This document shows, piece after piece, positions 1-12,133 of a stretch of 64,000 nucleotides of DNA. Both the position numbers and the translations under genes were made by a program. The stretch is from positions 199,642,001-199,706,000 of the forward strand of contig NC_058368.1 of NCBI RefSeq assembly GCF_018350175.1, read 5' to 3'. Under the pieces are notes generated by a model that was given only the letters and a program-made list of their open reading frames with translations, did no database searches and had not been told where the DNA came from. Each line of letters opens with the position of its first letter. Position 1 is the first letter of the stretch. The DNA is from Felis catus (Eukaryota).

Positions 1-1060
1 AGCCCAGCGATTAATTTTATGGATATTATTCTAAATTCACTTTCTGTTATATTATTTAAATCCTTTTTGATCAGCTCATTAGCTGTTGTTATTTCCTGGA
101 GATTCTTCTGAGGAGAATTTTATGCTTGGTCATTTTGGATAGTCCCTGGAGTGGTGAGGACCTGCAGGGCACTTCCCCTGTGCTGTGGTGTATAACTGGA
201 GTTGGTGGGTGGGGCCGCAGTCCGACATGATGTCTGCCCCCAGCCCACCGCTGGGGCCACAGTCAGACTGGTGTGTGCCTTCTCTTCCCCTCTCCTAGAG
301 GCGGGATTTGCTGTGGGGTGGCGTGGCCCGTCTGGGCTACTTGCACACTGCCAGGCTCGTGATGCTGGGGATCTGGCGTATTTGCTGGGGTGGGTAGGCA
401 AGGTGCACAGGGGCAGGAGGGACAGGCTTAGCTCGCTTCTCCTTAGGTGATCCACTTCAGGAGGGGCTCTGTGGCAGTGGGAGGGAGTCAGATCCGCTGC
501 CGGAGGTTTGGCTCCGCAGAAGCACAGAGTTGGGTGTTTGCACAGAGCGAGCAAGTTCCCTGGCAGGAACTGGTTCCCTTTGGGATTTTGGCTGGGGAAT
601 GGGCAGGGGAGATGGCGCTGGCAAGCGCCTTTGTTCCCCGCCAAACTGAGCTCTGTCATCCGGGGGCTCAGCAGCTCTCCCCCCTTTGTTCTCCAGCCTT
701 CCTGCTTTCTGAGCAGAGCTGTTAACTTATGACCTCCCAGACGCTAAGTCGCGCTTGCTGTCAGAACACAGTCCCTCAGGCCCTTCCGCTTTTGCCAGCC
801 AGACTCGGGGGCTCTGCTTGGCCGGCTAGCCGTCCCTCCGCCCCTGCTCCCTCCTGCCAGTCCGTGGAGCGCGCACCGCCTCGCCGTCCTTCCTACCCTC
901 TTCTGTGGGCCTCTCATCTGCACTTGGCTCCGGAGACTCCGTTCTGCTAATCCTCTGGCGGTCTTCTGGGTTATTTAGGCAGGTGTAGGTGGAATCTAAG
1001 TGATCAGCAGGACGCGCGGTGAGCCCAGCGTCCTCCTACGCCGCCATCTTCCCTCTCTCC
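1..1060 (-). mobile_element. 5' end of a cat-type L1 (GC-rich 5'UTR plus start of ORF1); the element continues left of the window
   Basis: Colinear with the 5' end of the L1 at 8890-9936. The minus strand begins GGAGAGAGGGAAGATGGCGGCG (YY1-type AAGATGGCG). ORF1 ATG is at 133-131, with a 1-nt deletion a few codons downstream. Confidence 0.93.
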
Positions 1061-1189
1061 TCGCCAAAATAATTTCTAAAAGAAAATACTCCAGAGTAAT
1101 TAACAGGCGTTATCTACCCAAGGAATGGAACAAATAGGAAGTTCAGGTTCTAAGGAGCTGCCTTGTTTGTGCCAGTGGCCCCACGCTAG

Positions 1190-1414
<225 letters not shown>

Positions 1415-1499
1415 TGATGCCTGCACTGACGCAGTGGTGAGATACTGGGGAGAGAGCGAGTTAATTTTTTTTAAAGAGGAGTTAAAAAAGTAAGTGTGA

Positions 1500-1730
1500 G
1501 GGGCGCCTGGGTGGCGCAGTCGGTTAAGCGTCCGACTTCATCCAGGTCACGATCTCGCGGTCCGTGAGTTCGAGCCCCGCGTCGGGCTCTGGGCTGATGG
1601 CTCGGAGCCTGGAGCCTGTTTCCGATTCTGTGTCTCCGTCTCTCTCTGCCCTTCCCCCGTTCATGCTCTGTCTCTCTCTGTCCCAAATATATAAAAAAAA
1701 ATAAAACGTTGAAAAAAAAATTAAAAAAAA
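1500..1730 (+). mobile_element. Young felid CAN SINE (SINEC_Fc1-like)
   Basis: GGGGCGCCTGGGTGGCGCAGTCGGTTAAGCG head, GTTCGAGCCCC B box, CT tract, A tail, CpGs retained. TSD AAAAAGTAAGTGTGAG / AAAAAGTAAATGTGAG. Confidence 0.96.
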
Positions 1731-1965
1731 AAAAAGTAAATGTGAGATATTGCCTTATATAATTTCAGCACATTATAGATAAAGAATATAGTGTGTTCGA
1801 ATGATGGTACATACAGAATCCTACCCTTATTTACAAATAAATAGTTTTGCTTAATGTGCTTGCTTTATGATAGCTAAAAATAAGATCATGCCTTTTCCTT
1901 TTAAGACTGGCATAAATTTTCTCTGCTTTGGTAACTTTGTCTAGTTTTAAAAAAGGATATCAACA

Positions 1966-2181
1966 GGGGCACCTGGGTGGCTCAGTCGGTTGAGCGGCCG
2001 ACTTCGGCTCAGGTCATGATCTCACGGTCTGTGAGTTCAAGCCCCGCGTCGGGCTCTGTGCTGACAGCTCGGAGCCTGGAGCCTGTGTCGGATTCTGTGT
2101 CTCCCTCTCTCTGACCCTCCCCCGTTCATGCTCTGTCTCTCTCTGTCTCAAAAATAAATAAACATTAAAAAGATTTAAAAA
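1966..2181 (+). mobile_element. Felid CAN SINE (SINEC_Fc2-like)
   Basis: Typical head, CT tract and A tail; perfect TSD AAAAAAGGATATCAACA. Confidence 0.96.
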
Positions 2182-4262
2182 AAAAAAGGATATCAACATG
2201 TAACTATATAACTTTACTTTTACCTGAAGAATATTGCTGCAGAACGGCAGTGGATACACAATGATTAACATTGTGGTGACCTAGTTTGAGCCAAATTCTT
2301 TCTTTCTGCCTCTGAGGAAGAGAGAGGTCTGCAAATTACCACAGACCCATGGGAAACAAATGTAAGCAGAAGTCAAATGACAGCTTGTGATTGCAACCAG
2401 GACACCAGTCACACACCAATCTTTGCAAACACATTTATTTACATAGGAAGTAAAATAGACAGAAATATCTATTTTCAACATAGTATTTCTAAGCTAGAAA
2501 TGATGTGGTACATGACTGGTATATAAATTGAAGAGTAAATCAGGAATTTTGTTAGATGACTGAGCAATTTTACTTTTCTTTGGTTATCTGTTTCTCAAAG
2601 AAAATGTGAACGTCTTAAGGCTAGGTACCATGCTGCTTCATCATCTAGTGTGCAGATTACTGTTTAAGGAATCCAACCTATGCATTCATTCAATGTATTT
2701 TTATTGAGAATCATTTACACTATGTTAAGTGATGAAGATAGAGTAGTGAATAGGGGGATGAAGAAGAGGAGGTCCCTACCCTAGGCAATGAAGTTGTAAT
2801 CTATTTTATAAATTTGGAAGGAAAAGAGTCATTCTCCTGGCCAAGAGCATGAGATATTAGGGGCCTATACCTAGGGAGGGAAGCCTGAAGTTTCCCACCT
2901 AATTACTGGATAAGTAAGAGTCCTGATTCTGGAATGAAGTGTCAGCATGCCTATTTTGTCTTATGCCTAAGATTTTTTTCTCTCAAACATTATCATCATT
3001 CAAAAAGTTAACAATTTATCTGCCTGACTTCTAAGTCTATCTCTCACTTGGTTCTAAACTTGAGTGTATAAGAGAAAGGTGATAGCATTGACCTCTTAAA
3101 AACCAAGATAGACTATTTCTGTCACTAACCAGCAGGATGACCTATGGTAAATTACTTCACTTCTGAATTTCTTTACCTGAAAATAAGACTAGGAAGTGAT
3201 TTCTGAATTCCCTGGCTGCTCATATATTCTGTGATTCTATGATTATGGTAAAAATTGTTTCAAAATGTGATTGATTAAAATTACTTTTTTATTATTGAGA
3301 GCTTAGAAAATTTGTAGCTTGAAAACTGGTTATTGGTTGTGCAGTGAAGTACTTAGGACTATGATCAAATTTGGGGAAATACCTGTCATATAAAGTTTAT
3401 TTTACTTATGAACTGTTCCATATATACTTGCTCTTTGTTGCAATGTTGTAAGTTATGCCCTATAAACACAAGAATTCTGGGAAATTTTATTTTGTGTGAT
3501 TTCTATAAAAAATTTTAAGTATGACATATTTATCATATTCACACCATTATTTTTTATTTTATTTTATTTTATTATTTATTTTACTTTTTAGAGCAATCTT
3601 TTTTTTAATTTATTTTTAAATTTATATCCAAATTAGTTAGCATATAGTGCAATAATGATTTCAGGAGTAGAGTCCAGTGATTCATCCCCTACATATAACA
3701 CCCATTGCTCAACCCAACAAGTGTTCTCCTTAATGCCCCTTACCCATTAAGCCCAAGGGATACAGTGCATGTGCCCCCTTTGAAACAGCACACCTATATC
3801 CCTTGGGTAAATACCTAGTAGTGCAAAAACTGGGTTGTAGGGTAATTCTACTTTTAGTTTTTTGAGGAACCTCCATACAGTTTTCCAGAGTGGCTGCACC
3901 AGTTTGCATTATCACCAGCAGTGCAAAAGAGATCCTCTTTCTCTGCATCCTCACCAACATGTGTTGTTGCCTGAATTGTTAATTTTAGCCATTCTGACTG
4001 GTGTGAGGTGGTATTTTTATATTTTATTTTATTTTATTTTTTATTATATGAAATTTATTGTCAAATTAGTTTCCATACGACACCCAGTGCTCATCCCAAA
4101 AGATGGCCTCTTCAATGCCCATCACCCACCCTCCCCTCCCTCCCACCCCCCACCAACCCTCAGTTTGTTCTCAGTTTTTAGTCTCTTATGCTTTGGCTCT
4201 CTCTCCCACTCTAACCTCTTTTTTTTTTCCTTCCTCTCCCCCATGGGTTTCTGTTAAGTTTC

Positions 4263-7200
4263 TCAGGATCCACTTAAGAGTGAAAACATATGATATCTGT
4301 CTTTCTCTGTATGGCTTATTTCACTTAGCATAACACTCTTCAGTTCCATCCACGTTGCTACAAAGGGCCATATTTCATTCTTTCTCATTGCCATGTAGTA
4401 CTCCATTGTGTATATAAACCACAATTTCTTTATCCATTCATCAGTTGATGGACATTTAGGCTCTTTCCATAATTTGGCTATTGTTGAGAGTGCTGCTATA
4501 AACATTGGGGTACAAGTGCCCCTATGCATCAGTACTCCTGTATCCCTTGGGTAAATTCCTAGCGGTGCTACTGCTGGGTCATAGGGTAGGTCTATTTTTA
4601 ATTTTTTGAGGACCCTCCACACTATTTTCGAGAGTGGCTGCACCAATTTGCATTCCCACCAACAGTGCAAGAGGGTTCCCATTTCTCCACATCCTCGCCA
4701 ACATCTATAGTCTCCTGATTTGTTCATTTTGGCCACTCTGACTGGCGTGAGGTGATATCTGAGTGTGGTTTTGATTTGTATTTCCCTGATGAGGAGCGAC
4801 GTTGAGCATCTTCTCATGTGCCTGTTGGCCATCTGGATGTCTTCTTTAGAGATGTGTCTATTCATGTTATCTGCCCATTTCTTCACTGGGTTATTTGTTT
4901 TTTGGGTGTGGAATTTGGTGAGCTCTTTATAGATTTTGGATACTAGCCCTTTGTCCGAGATGTCATTTGCAAATATCTTTTCCCATTCCGTTGGTTGCCT
5001 TTTAGTTTTGTTGGTTGTTTCCTTTGCTGTGCAGAAGCTTTTTATCTTCATGAGGTCCCAATAGTTCATTTTTGCTTTGAATTCCCTTGCCTTTGGGGAT
5101 GTGTCAAGTAAGAAATTGCTGTGGCTGAGGTCAGAGAGGTCTTTTCCTGCTTTCTCCTCTAGTGTTTTGATGGTTTCCTGTCTCACATTCAGGTCCTTTA
5201 TCCATTTTGAGTTTATTTTTGTGAATGGTATAAGAAAGTGGTCTAGTTTCAACCTTCTGCATGTTGTTGTCCAGTTCTCCCAGCACCATTTGTTAAAGAG
5301 ACTGTCTTTTTTCCATTGGTTATTCTTTCCTGCTTTGTCAAAGATGAGTTGGCCATACTTTTGTGGGTCTAGTTCTGGGGTTTCTATTCTATTCCATTGG
5401 TCTATGTGTCTGTTTTTGTGCCAATACCATGCTGTCTTGATGATTACAGCTTTGTAGTGAAGGCTAAAGTCTGGGATTGTGATGCCTCCTGCTTTGGTCT
5501 TCTTCAAAATTACTTTGGCTATTCGGGGCCTTTTGTGGTTCCATATGAATTTTAGGATTGCTTATTCTAGCTTCAAGAAGAATGCTGGTGCAATTTTGAT
5601 TGGGATTGCATTGAATGTGTAGATAGCTTTGGGTAGTATTGACATTTTAACAATATTTATTCTTCCAACCCATGAGCACAGAATGCTTTTCCATTTCTTT
5701 ATATCTTCTTCAATTTCCTTCAATAGCTTTCTATAGTTTTCAGCATACAGATCTTGTACATCTTTGGTTAGATTTATTCCTCGGTATTTTATACTTCTTG
5801 GTGCAATTGTGAATGGAATCAGTTTCTTTATTTGTCTTTCTGTTGCTTCATTATTAGTGTATAAGAATGCAATTGATTTCTGTACATTGATTATGTATCC
5901 TGCAACTTTGCTGAATTCATGTATCAGTTCTAGCAGACTTTTGGTGGAGTCTATTGGATTTTCCATGTATAATATCGTATCATCTGCAAAAAGTGAAAGC
6001 TTGACTTAATCTTTGCCAATTTTGATGCCTTTGATTTCCTTTTGTTGTCTAATGGCCGATACTAGCAACTCCAACACTATGTTAAACAACAGTGGTGAGA
6101 GTGGACATCCTGTCGTGTTCCGGATCTCAGGGGAAAGCTCTCAGTTTTTCCCCATTGAGGATGATATTAGCTGTGGGCTTTTCATAAATGGATTTTATGT
6201 TTAAGTATGTTCCTTCTACCCCGACTTTCTCGAGGGTTTTTATTAAGAAAGGATGCTGAATTTTGTCAAATGCTTTTTCTGCATCGATTGACAGGATCAT
6301 ATGGTTCTTCTCTTTTCTTTTATTAATGTGATGTATCACATTGATTGAATTGCGAATGTTGAACCAGCCCTGATTCCCAAGAATGAATCCCACTTGGTCA
6401 TGGTGAATAGTTCTTTTTATATGCCGTTGAATTCGATTTGCTAGTATATTATTGAGAATTTTTGCATCCATATTCATCAGGGATATTGGCCTGTAGTTCT
6501 CTTTTTTTACTGGGTCTCTGTCTGGTTTAGGAATCAAAGTAATACTGGCTTCATAGAATGAATCTGGAATTTTTCCTTCCCTTTCTATTTTTTGGAATAG
6601 CTTGAGAAGGATAGGTATTATCTCTGCTTTAAATGTCTGGTAGAATTCCCCAGGGAAGCCATCTTGTCCTGGATTCTTATTTGTTGGGAGATTTTTGATA
6701 ACTGATTCAGTTTCTTCACTGGTTATGGGTCTGTTCAGGCTTTCTATTTCCTCCTATATGAGTTTTGGAAGGGTGTGGGTGTTTAGGAATTTGTCCATTT
6801 CTTCCAGGTTGTCCAGTTTATTGGCATATCATTTTTCATAGTATCCCCTGATAATTGCTTGTATCTCTGAGGGATTGGTTGTAATCATTCCATTTTCATT
6901 CATGATTTTATCTATTTGGGTCATCTCCCTTTTCTTTTTGAGAAGCCTGGAGAGAGGTTTATCAATTTTGTTTGATTTTTCAAAAAACCAACTCTTGGTT
7001 TCGTTGATCTGCTCTACAGTTTTTTTAGATTCTATATTGTTTATTTCTGCTCTGATCTTTATTATTTCTCTTCTTCTTCTGGGTTTGGGGTGTCTTTGCT
7101 GCTCTGCTTCTATTTCCTTTAGGTGTCCTGTTAGATTTTCTATTTGGGAGTTTTCTTGTTTCTGGATAGGCCTGGATTGCAATATATTTTCCTCTCAGGA

Positions 7201-8077
7201 CTGCCTTCGCTGCATCCCAAAGTGTTTGGATTGTTGTATTTTCATTTTCGTTTGTTTCCATATATTTTTAAATTTCTTCTCTAATTACCTGGTTGACCCA
7301 TTCATTCTTTAGTAGGGTGTTCTCTAACCTCCATGCTCTTGAAGGTTTTCCAGACTTTTTTCTGTGGTTGATTTCAAGCTTCGTAGCATTGTGGTCTGAA
7401 AGTACGCATGGTATGATCTCAATTCTTGTATACTTATGAAGGGCTGTTTTGTGACCCAGTATGTGATCTATCTTGGAGAATGTTCCATATGCACTTGAGA
7501 AGAAAGTATATTCTGTTGCTTTGGGATGCAGAGTTCTAAATATATCTGTCAAGTCCATCTGATCCAATGTATCATTCAGGGCCCTTGTTTCTTTATTGAC
7601 CGTGTGTCTAGATGATCTATCCATTGTTGTGAGTGGGGTGTTAAAGTCCCCTACAATTACCACATTCTTATCAATAAGGTTGCTTATGTTTGTGAGTAAT
7701 TGTTTTATATATTTGGGGGCTCCGGTATTCGGCGCATAGACATTTATAATTGTTAGTTCTTCTTGATGGATAGACCCTGTAATTATTATATAATGCCCTT
7801 CTTCATCTCTTGTTACAGCCTTTAATTTAAAGTCTAATTTGTCTGATATAAGTGTGGCTACTCCAGCTTTCTTTTGACTTCCAGTAGCATGATGAATAGT
7901 TCTCCATCCCCTCACTTTCAATCTGAAGGTGTCCTCAGGTCTAAAATGAGTCTCTTGTAGACGGCAAATAGGTGGGTCTTGTTTTTTTATGCATTCTGAT
8001 ATCCTATGTCTTATGGTTGGCACATTTAATCCATTTACGTTCAGTGTTATTATAGAAAGATATGGGTTTAGAGTCAT
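4263..8077 (-). pseudogene. L1 ORF2 (endonuclease, reverse transcriptase, Cys-rich domain), disrupted
   Basis: ORF fragments: 7268..8131 (NVNGLN, LQETH, GDFNT, SDHN), 6829..7182, 6127..6537 ([18 protein letters not shown]), 5562..5966 and 4263..5507 ([18 protein letters not shown]). Confidence 0.93.
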
Positions 8078-8127
8078 CGTGATGTCCGTAGGTTTCATGC
8101 TTGTAGCGATGTCTCTGGTACTTTGTC

Positions 8128-9021
8128 TCACAGGATCCCCTTTAGGATCTCTTGTAGGGCTGGTTTAGTGGTGACGAATTCCTTCAGTTTTTGTTTGTTT
8201 GGGAAGACCTTTATCTCTCCTTCTATTCTAAATGACAGACTTGCTGGATAAAGGATTCTCGGCAGCATATTTTTTCTGTTCATCACATTGAAGATTTCCT
8301 GCCATTCCTTTCTGGCCTGCCAAGTTTCAGTAGAGAGATCGGTCACGAGTCTTATAGGTCTCCCTTTATATGTTAGAGCATGTTTATCCCTAGCTGCTTT
8401 CAGAAGTTTCTCTTTATCCTTGTATTTTGCCAGTTTCACTATGATATGTCGTGCCGAAGATCCATCCAAGTTACGTCTGAAGGGAGTTCTCTGTGCCTCT
8501 TGGATTTCACTGCCTTTTTCCTTCCCCAGTTCAGGGAAGTTCTCAGCTATGATTTCTTCAATTACACCTTCAGCACCTTTCCCTGTCTCTTCCTCCTCTG
8601 GAATACCAATTATGCGTAGATTATTTCTCTTTAGTGCATCGCTTAGTTCTCGAATTTTCCCCTCATACTCCTGGATTTTTTAATCTCTCTTTTTCTCAGC
8701 TTCTTCTTTTTCCATAATTTTATCTTCTAGTTCACCTATTCTCTCCTCTGCGTCTTCAATCTGAGCTGTGGTCGTCTCCATTTTATTTTGCAGCTTGTTA
8801 ATAGCATTTTTTAGCTCCTCCTGGCTGTTCCTTAGTCCCTTGATCTCCGTAGCAATAGATTCTTTGCTGTTCTTTATACTGTTTTCAAGCCCAGCGATTA
8901 ATTTTATGACTATTATTCTAAATTCACTTTCTGTTATATTGTTTAAATCGGTTTTGATCAGTTCATTAGCTGTTGTTATTTCCTAGAGGTTTTTTTGAGG
9001 GGAATTCTTCCGTTTTGTCAT
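8128..9021 (-). pseudogene. L1 ORF1 (RNA-binding protein), disrupted
   Basis: ATG at 9021 (MTKRKNSPQ). C-terminal fragment 8128..8469 contains RHIIVK...ARKEW...YPASL...KLKEF. Internal stop/frameshift. Confidence 0.9.
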
Positions 9022-11933
9022 TTTGGATAGTCCCTGGAGTGGTGCAGAACTGCGGGGCACTTCCCCTGTGCTCTCTTGAATAACTTGCCTTGGTGGGCGG
9101 GGCCACCGTCAGACCTGATATCTGCCCCCAGCCGATGCTGGGGCCACAGTCAGACTGATGTGTACTTTTTCTTCCCTTTCTCCTAGGGGCGGAATTCACT
9201 GTGGGGTGGCGTGGCCTGTCTGGGCTCTTGCACATTGCCAGGCTTGTGGTGCTGGGGATGTGGCGTATTAGCTGGGGTGGATCAGCAAGGTGTAGGGGGG
9301 CAGGAAGGGCAGGCTCAGCTCGCTTATCCTTCAGTGATCTGCTTCTGGAGGGGCCCTGTGGCACTGGGAGGGAGTCAGACCCGCTGGAGTGATGGATCCG
9401 CAGAAGCACAGCATTTGGTGTTTGCGGGGTGCAAGCCATTTCCCTGGCAGGAACAGGTTCCTTTTGGGATTTTGGCTGGGGGATGGGCAAGGGAGATGGC
9501 GCTGGCGAGTGCCTTTGTTCCCCACCTAGCTGCGCTCTGTCGTCTGGGCTCAACAACTCTGCCTCCCGTTGTCCCCCAGCCTCCCACTCTCCAAGGAGAG
9601 CTGTTAACTTTCCAGATGTTAAGTCCCACTCGCTGTCCAAACACACTCTGTCCGGCCCCTCCACTTTTGCAAGCCAGACTTGGGGGCTCTGCTTGGCCGG
9701 CAGGCCACCCCTCCACCCCGGCTCCCTCCCACCAGTCTGTGTAGCACACACCACCTCTCCACCCTCCCTACCCTCTTCCATGGACCTCTCATAGATGCTT
9801 GGCTCTGGAGAATCCGTTCTGCTAGTCTTCTGGCAATTTTCGGGGTTATTTAGGCAGGTGTGGGTGGAATCTAAGTGATCCGCAGGACGCGGTGAACTCA
9901 GTGTCCTCCTATGCCGCCATCTTCCCAGAAGCCTCCTGAGGTGGTATTTTATTGGTGGATTTAATTGTATTTGGTTTTGATTTGTATTTCCCTGATGATG
10001 AATGATGTTGAGCAATTTTCATGTGTCTGTTAGCCATTTGGATGTCTTTAGAAAAGTGTCTATTCATGTCTTTTGCCCATTTCTTCACTGGATTATTTGT
10101 TTTTTGGGTGTTGAGTTTGATAAGTTCTGTATAGATTTTAGATACTAGCCTTTTATCTGATATGTCATTTGCAAATATCTTCTCCCGTTCTGTCAGTTGC
10201 CTTTTAGTTTTGCTGATTCTTTTCTTCTCTGTGCAGAAGCTTTTTATCCTGATGAAGTCCCAATAACTCATTTTTGCTTTTGTTTCCCTGGCCTCTGGAG
10301 ATGTGTCAAGTAAGATGTGCTGAGGACAAACAGGCTGTTATCTATTTTCTCCTCTAGGATTTTGATGGCTTCCTGTCTTACGTTTAGGTCTTTCATCCAT
10401 TTTGAGTTTATTTTTGTGTATGGTGTTAGAAAGTGGTCCAGGTTCATTCTTCTGCATGTTGCTGTCCAGTTTTCTGAGCACCATTTGTGGAAACTGTTTT
10501 TATGCCATTGGATATTCTTTCCATTTGTCAGGGATTAGTTGGCCATATGTTTGTGGGTCCATTTCTGGGTTCTCTATTCTGCCCCATTGATCAAAGTGTC
10601 TGTTTTTGTGCCAGTACCATACTGTCTTCATGATTACAGCTTTGTAATACATCTTGAAGTCTGGGATTGTGATGCCTCCAGCTTTGGTTTTCTTTTTCGG
10701 GATTGTTTTGGCTATTCGGAGTCTTTTCTGGTTCCATAGAAATTTTAGGATTGTTTGTTCTAGCTCTGTGAAGAATGCTGGTGTTATTTTGATAGGGATT
10801 GCATTGAATATGTAGATTACTTTGCGTATTATCGACTTTTTGAACAGTATTTGTTCTTCCAATCCAGGAGCATGGAATCTTTTTCTGTTTTTTGGTGTCT
10901 TCTTCAATATCTTTCATAAGCTTTCTATAGTTCTCATGTATAGATTTTTCACCTCTTTGGTTAGGTTTAGTCCTAGGTATTTTATGGGTTTTGGTGCAAT
11001 TATAAATGGGATTGACTCCTTGACTTCTCTTTCTGTTGCTTTATTATTGATGTATAGAAATGCAACTGATTTCTGTCCATTGATTTTATATCCTGAGACT
11101 TTGTTGAATTCATGGATCAGTTCTAGCAGTTTTTTGGTGGAATCTTTTGGGTTTTCCATATAGAGTACTATGTCATCTGCGAAGAGTGAAAGTTTGACTT
11201 CCTCCTTGCTGATTTGGATGCCTTTTATTCCTTTGTGTTGTCTGATTACTGAAGCTAGGACTTCAATACTATGTTGAATAACAGTGGTGAGAGTGGATAT
11301 CCCTGTCGTTTTCCTGACCTGAGGGGGGAAACTCTCAGTTTTTTCCCATTGAGGATGATATTAGCAGTGGGTCTTCCATATATGGCTTTTATGATCTTGA
11401 GGTATGATCCTTCTATCTCTACTTTCTTGAAGGTTTTTTTCAAGAAACGATGCTGTACTTTGTCAAATGCTTTCTCTGCATCTATTGAGAGGATTTTGTG
11501 GTTCTTGTCCTTTCTTTTATTGATGTTATGTATCACATTGATTGTTTTGAGGTTATTGAATCAGCCCTGCATCCCAGGTATAAATCCCACTTGGTCATGG
11601 TGAATAATTATTTTAATGTATTGTTGGTTCTGGTTGGCTAGTATCTTGTTGAGGATTTTTGCATCCAGGATCATCAGGGAAATTGGTCTGTCGTTCTCTT
11701 TTTTAGTGGGGTCTTTGTCTGGTTTTGGAATCAAGGTAATGCTGGCTTCATAGAATGATTTTGGAAGTTTTCCTTCCATTTCTATATTTTGGAGAAGCTT
11801 CAAAAGAATAGGTGTTAAATATTTGGTAAATTCCCCTGGAAAGCCATCCGGCCCTGGACTCTTGTTTTTTGAAGAATTTTTATTACTAATTTGATTTCTT
11901 TATCTTTATGGGTCTGTTAAAATTTTCTATTTC

Positions 11934-12077
11934 TTTTTCTTTTTTAATGTTTATTTATTTTTGAGAGAGAGAGCATGGGCAGGGGAGGAGCAGAGAGAGA
12001 GGAAGACACAGAATCCGAAGTAGGATCCAGGCTCCAAGCCGTTCAGCATGGAGCCTGATGCGAGGCTCAAACTCACA
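11934..12077 (-). mobile_element. 5'-truncated CAN SINE inside the older L1
   Basis: Poly(T), GA tract and GACACAGAATCCGAAG...CTCAAACTCACA, then an abrupt return to L1 sequence; no TSD. Confidence 0.9.
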
Positions 12078-12133
12078 TCCTTTGCTGCATCCCAGAGGTT
12101 TTGGCCTGGGGCGTTATCATTTCCATTGGCTTC

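Larger units (their letters stand above)
4018..9936 (-). mobile_element. Full-length (5.9 kb) cat-type L1, inactivated by stops and frameshifts, nested in the older L1
   Basis: Perfect 14-bp TSD TGAGGTGGTATTTT at 4004-4017 and 9937-9950. 5'UTR 9936-9022, ORF1 9021-8128, ORF2 8077-4263, then short 3'UTR and A tail. Confidence 0.96.

Noticed and set aside
1500..1580. tRNA-like A and B boxes as tRNA genes (applies to all SINE heads)
   Set aside because: They are the tRNA-derived heads of CAN SINEs, each followed by a CT tract, A tail and TSD.
5077..7312. Hydrophobic plus-strand ORFs resembling membrane proteins (also 10317-11603 and 50566-51393)
   Set aside because: They are antisense translations of A-rich L1 ORF2.
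9211..9794. Antisense ORFs in the L1 5'UTR as a possible analogue of primate ORF0
   Set aside because: Only a short stretch of shared frame with 447..725, and different starts and stops in the two copies; no evidence of selection.
8966..10015. 349-aa ORF spanning the whole L1 5'UTR, with a counterpart at 120..659 ending in the same TPGTIQND
   Set aside because: The reading frame is not conserved between the two L1 copies: the N-terminal half of 120..659 matches a different frame (9331..9525) of this copy. The ORF also starts in the host L1 across the TSD. A GC-rich, stop-poor UTR explains it.
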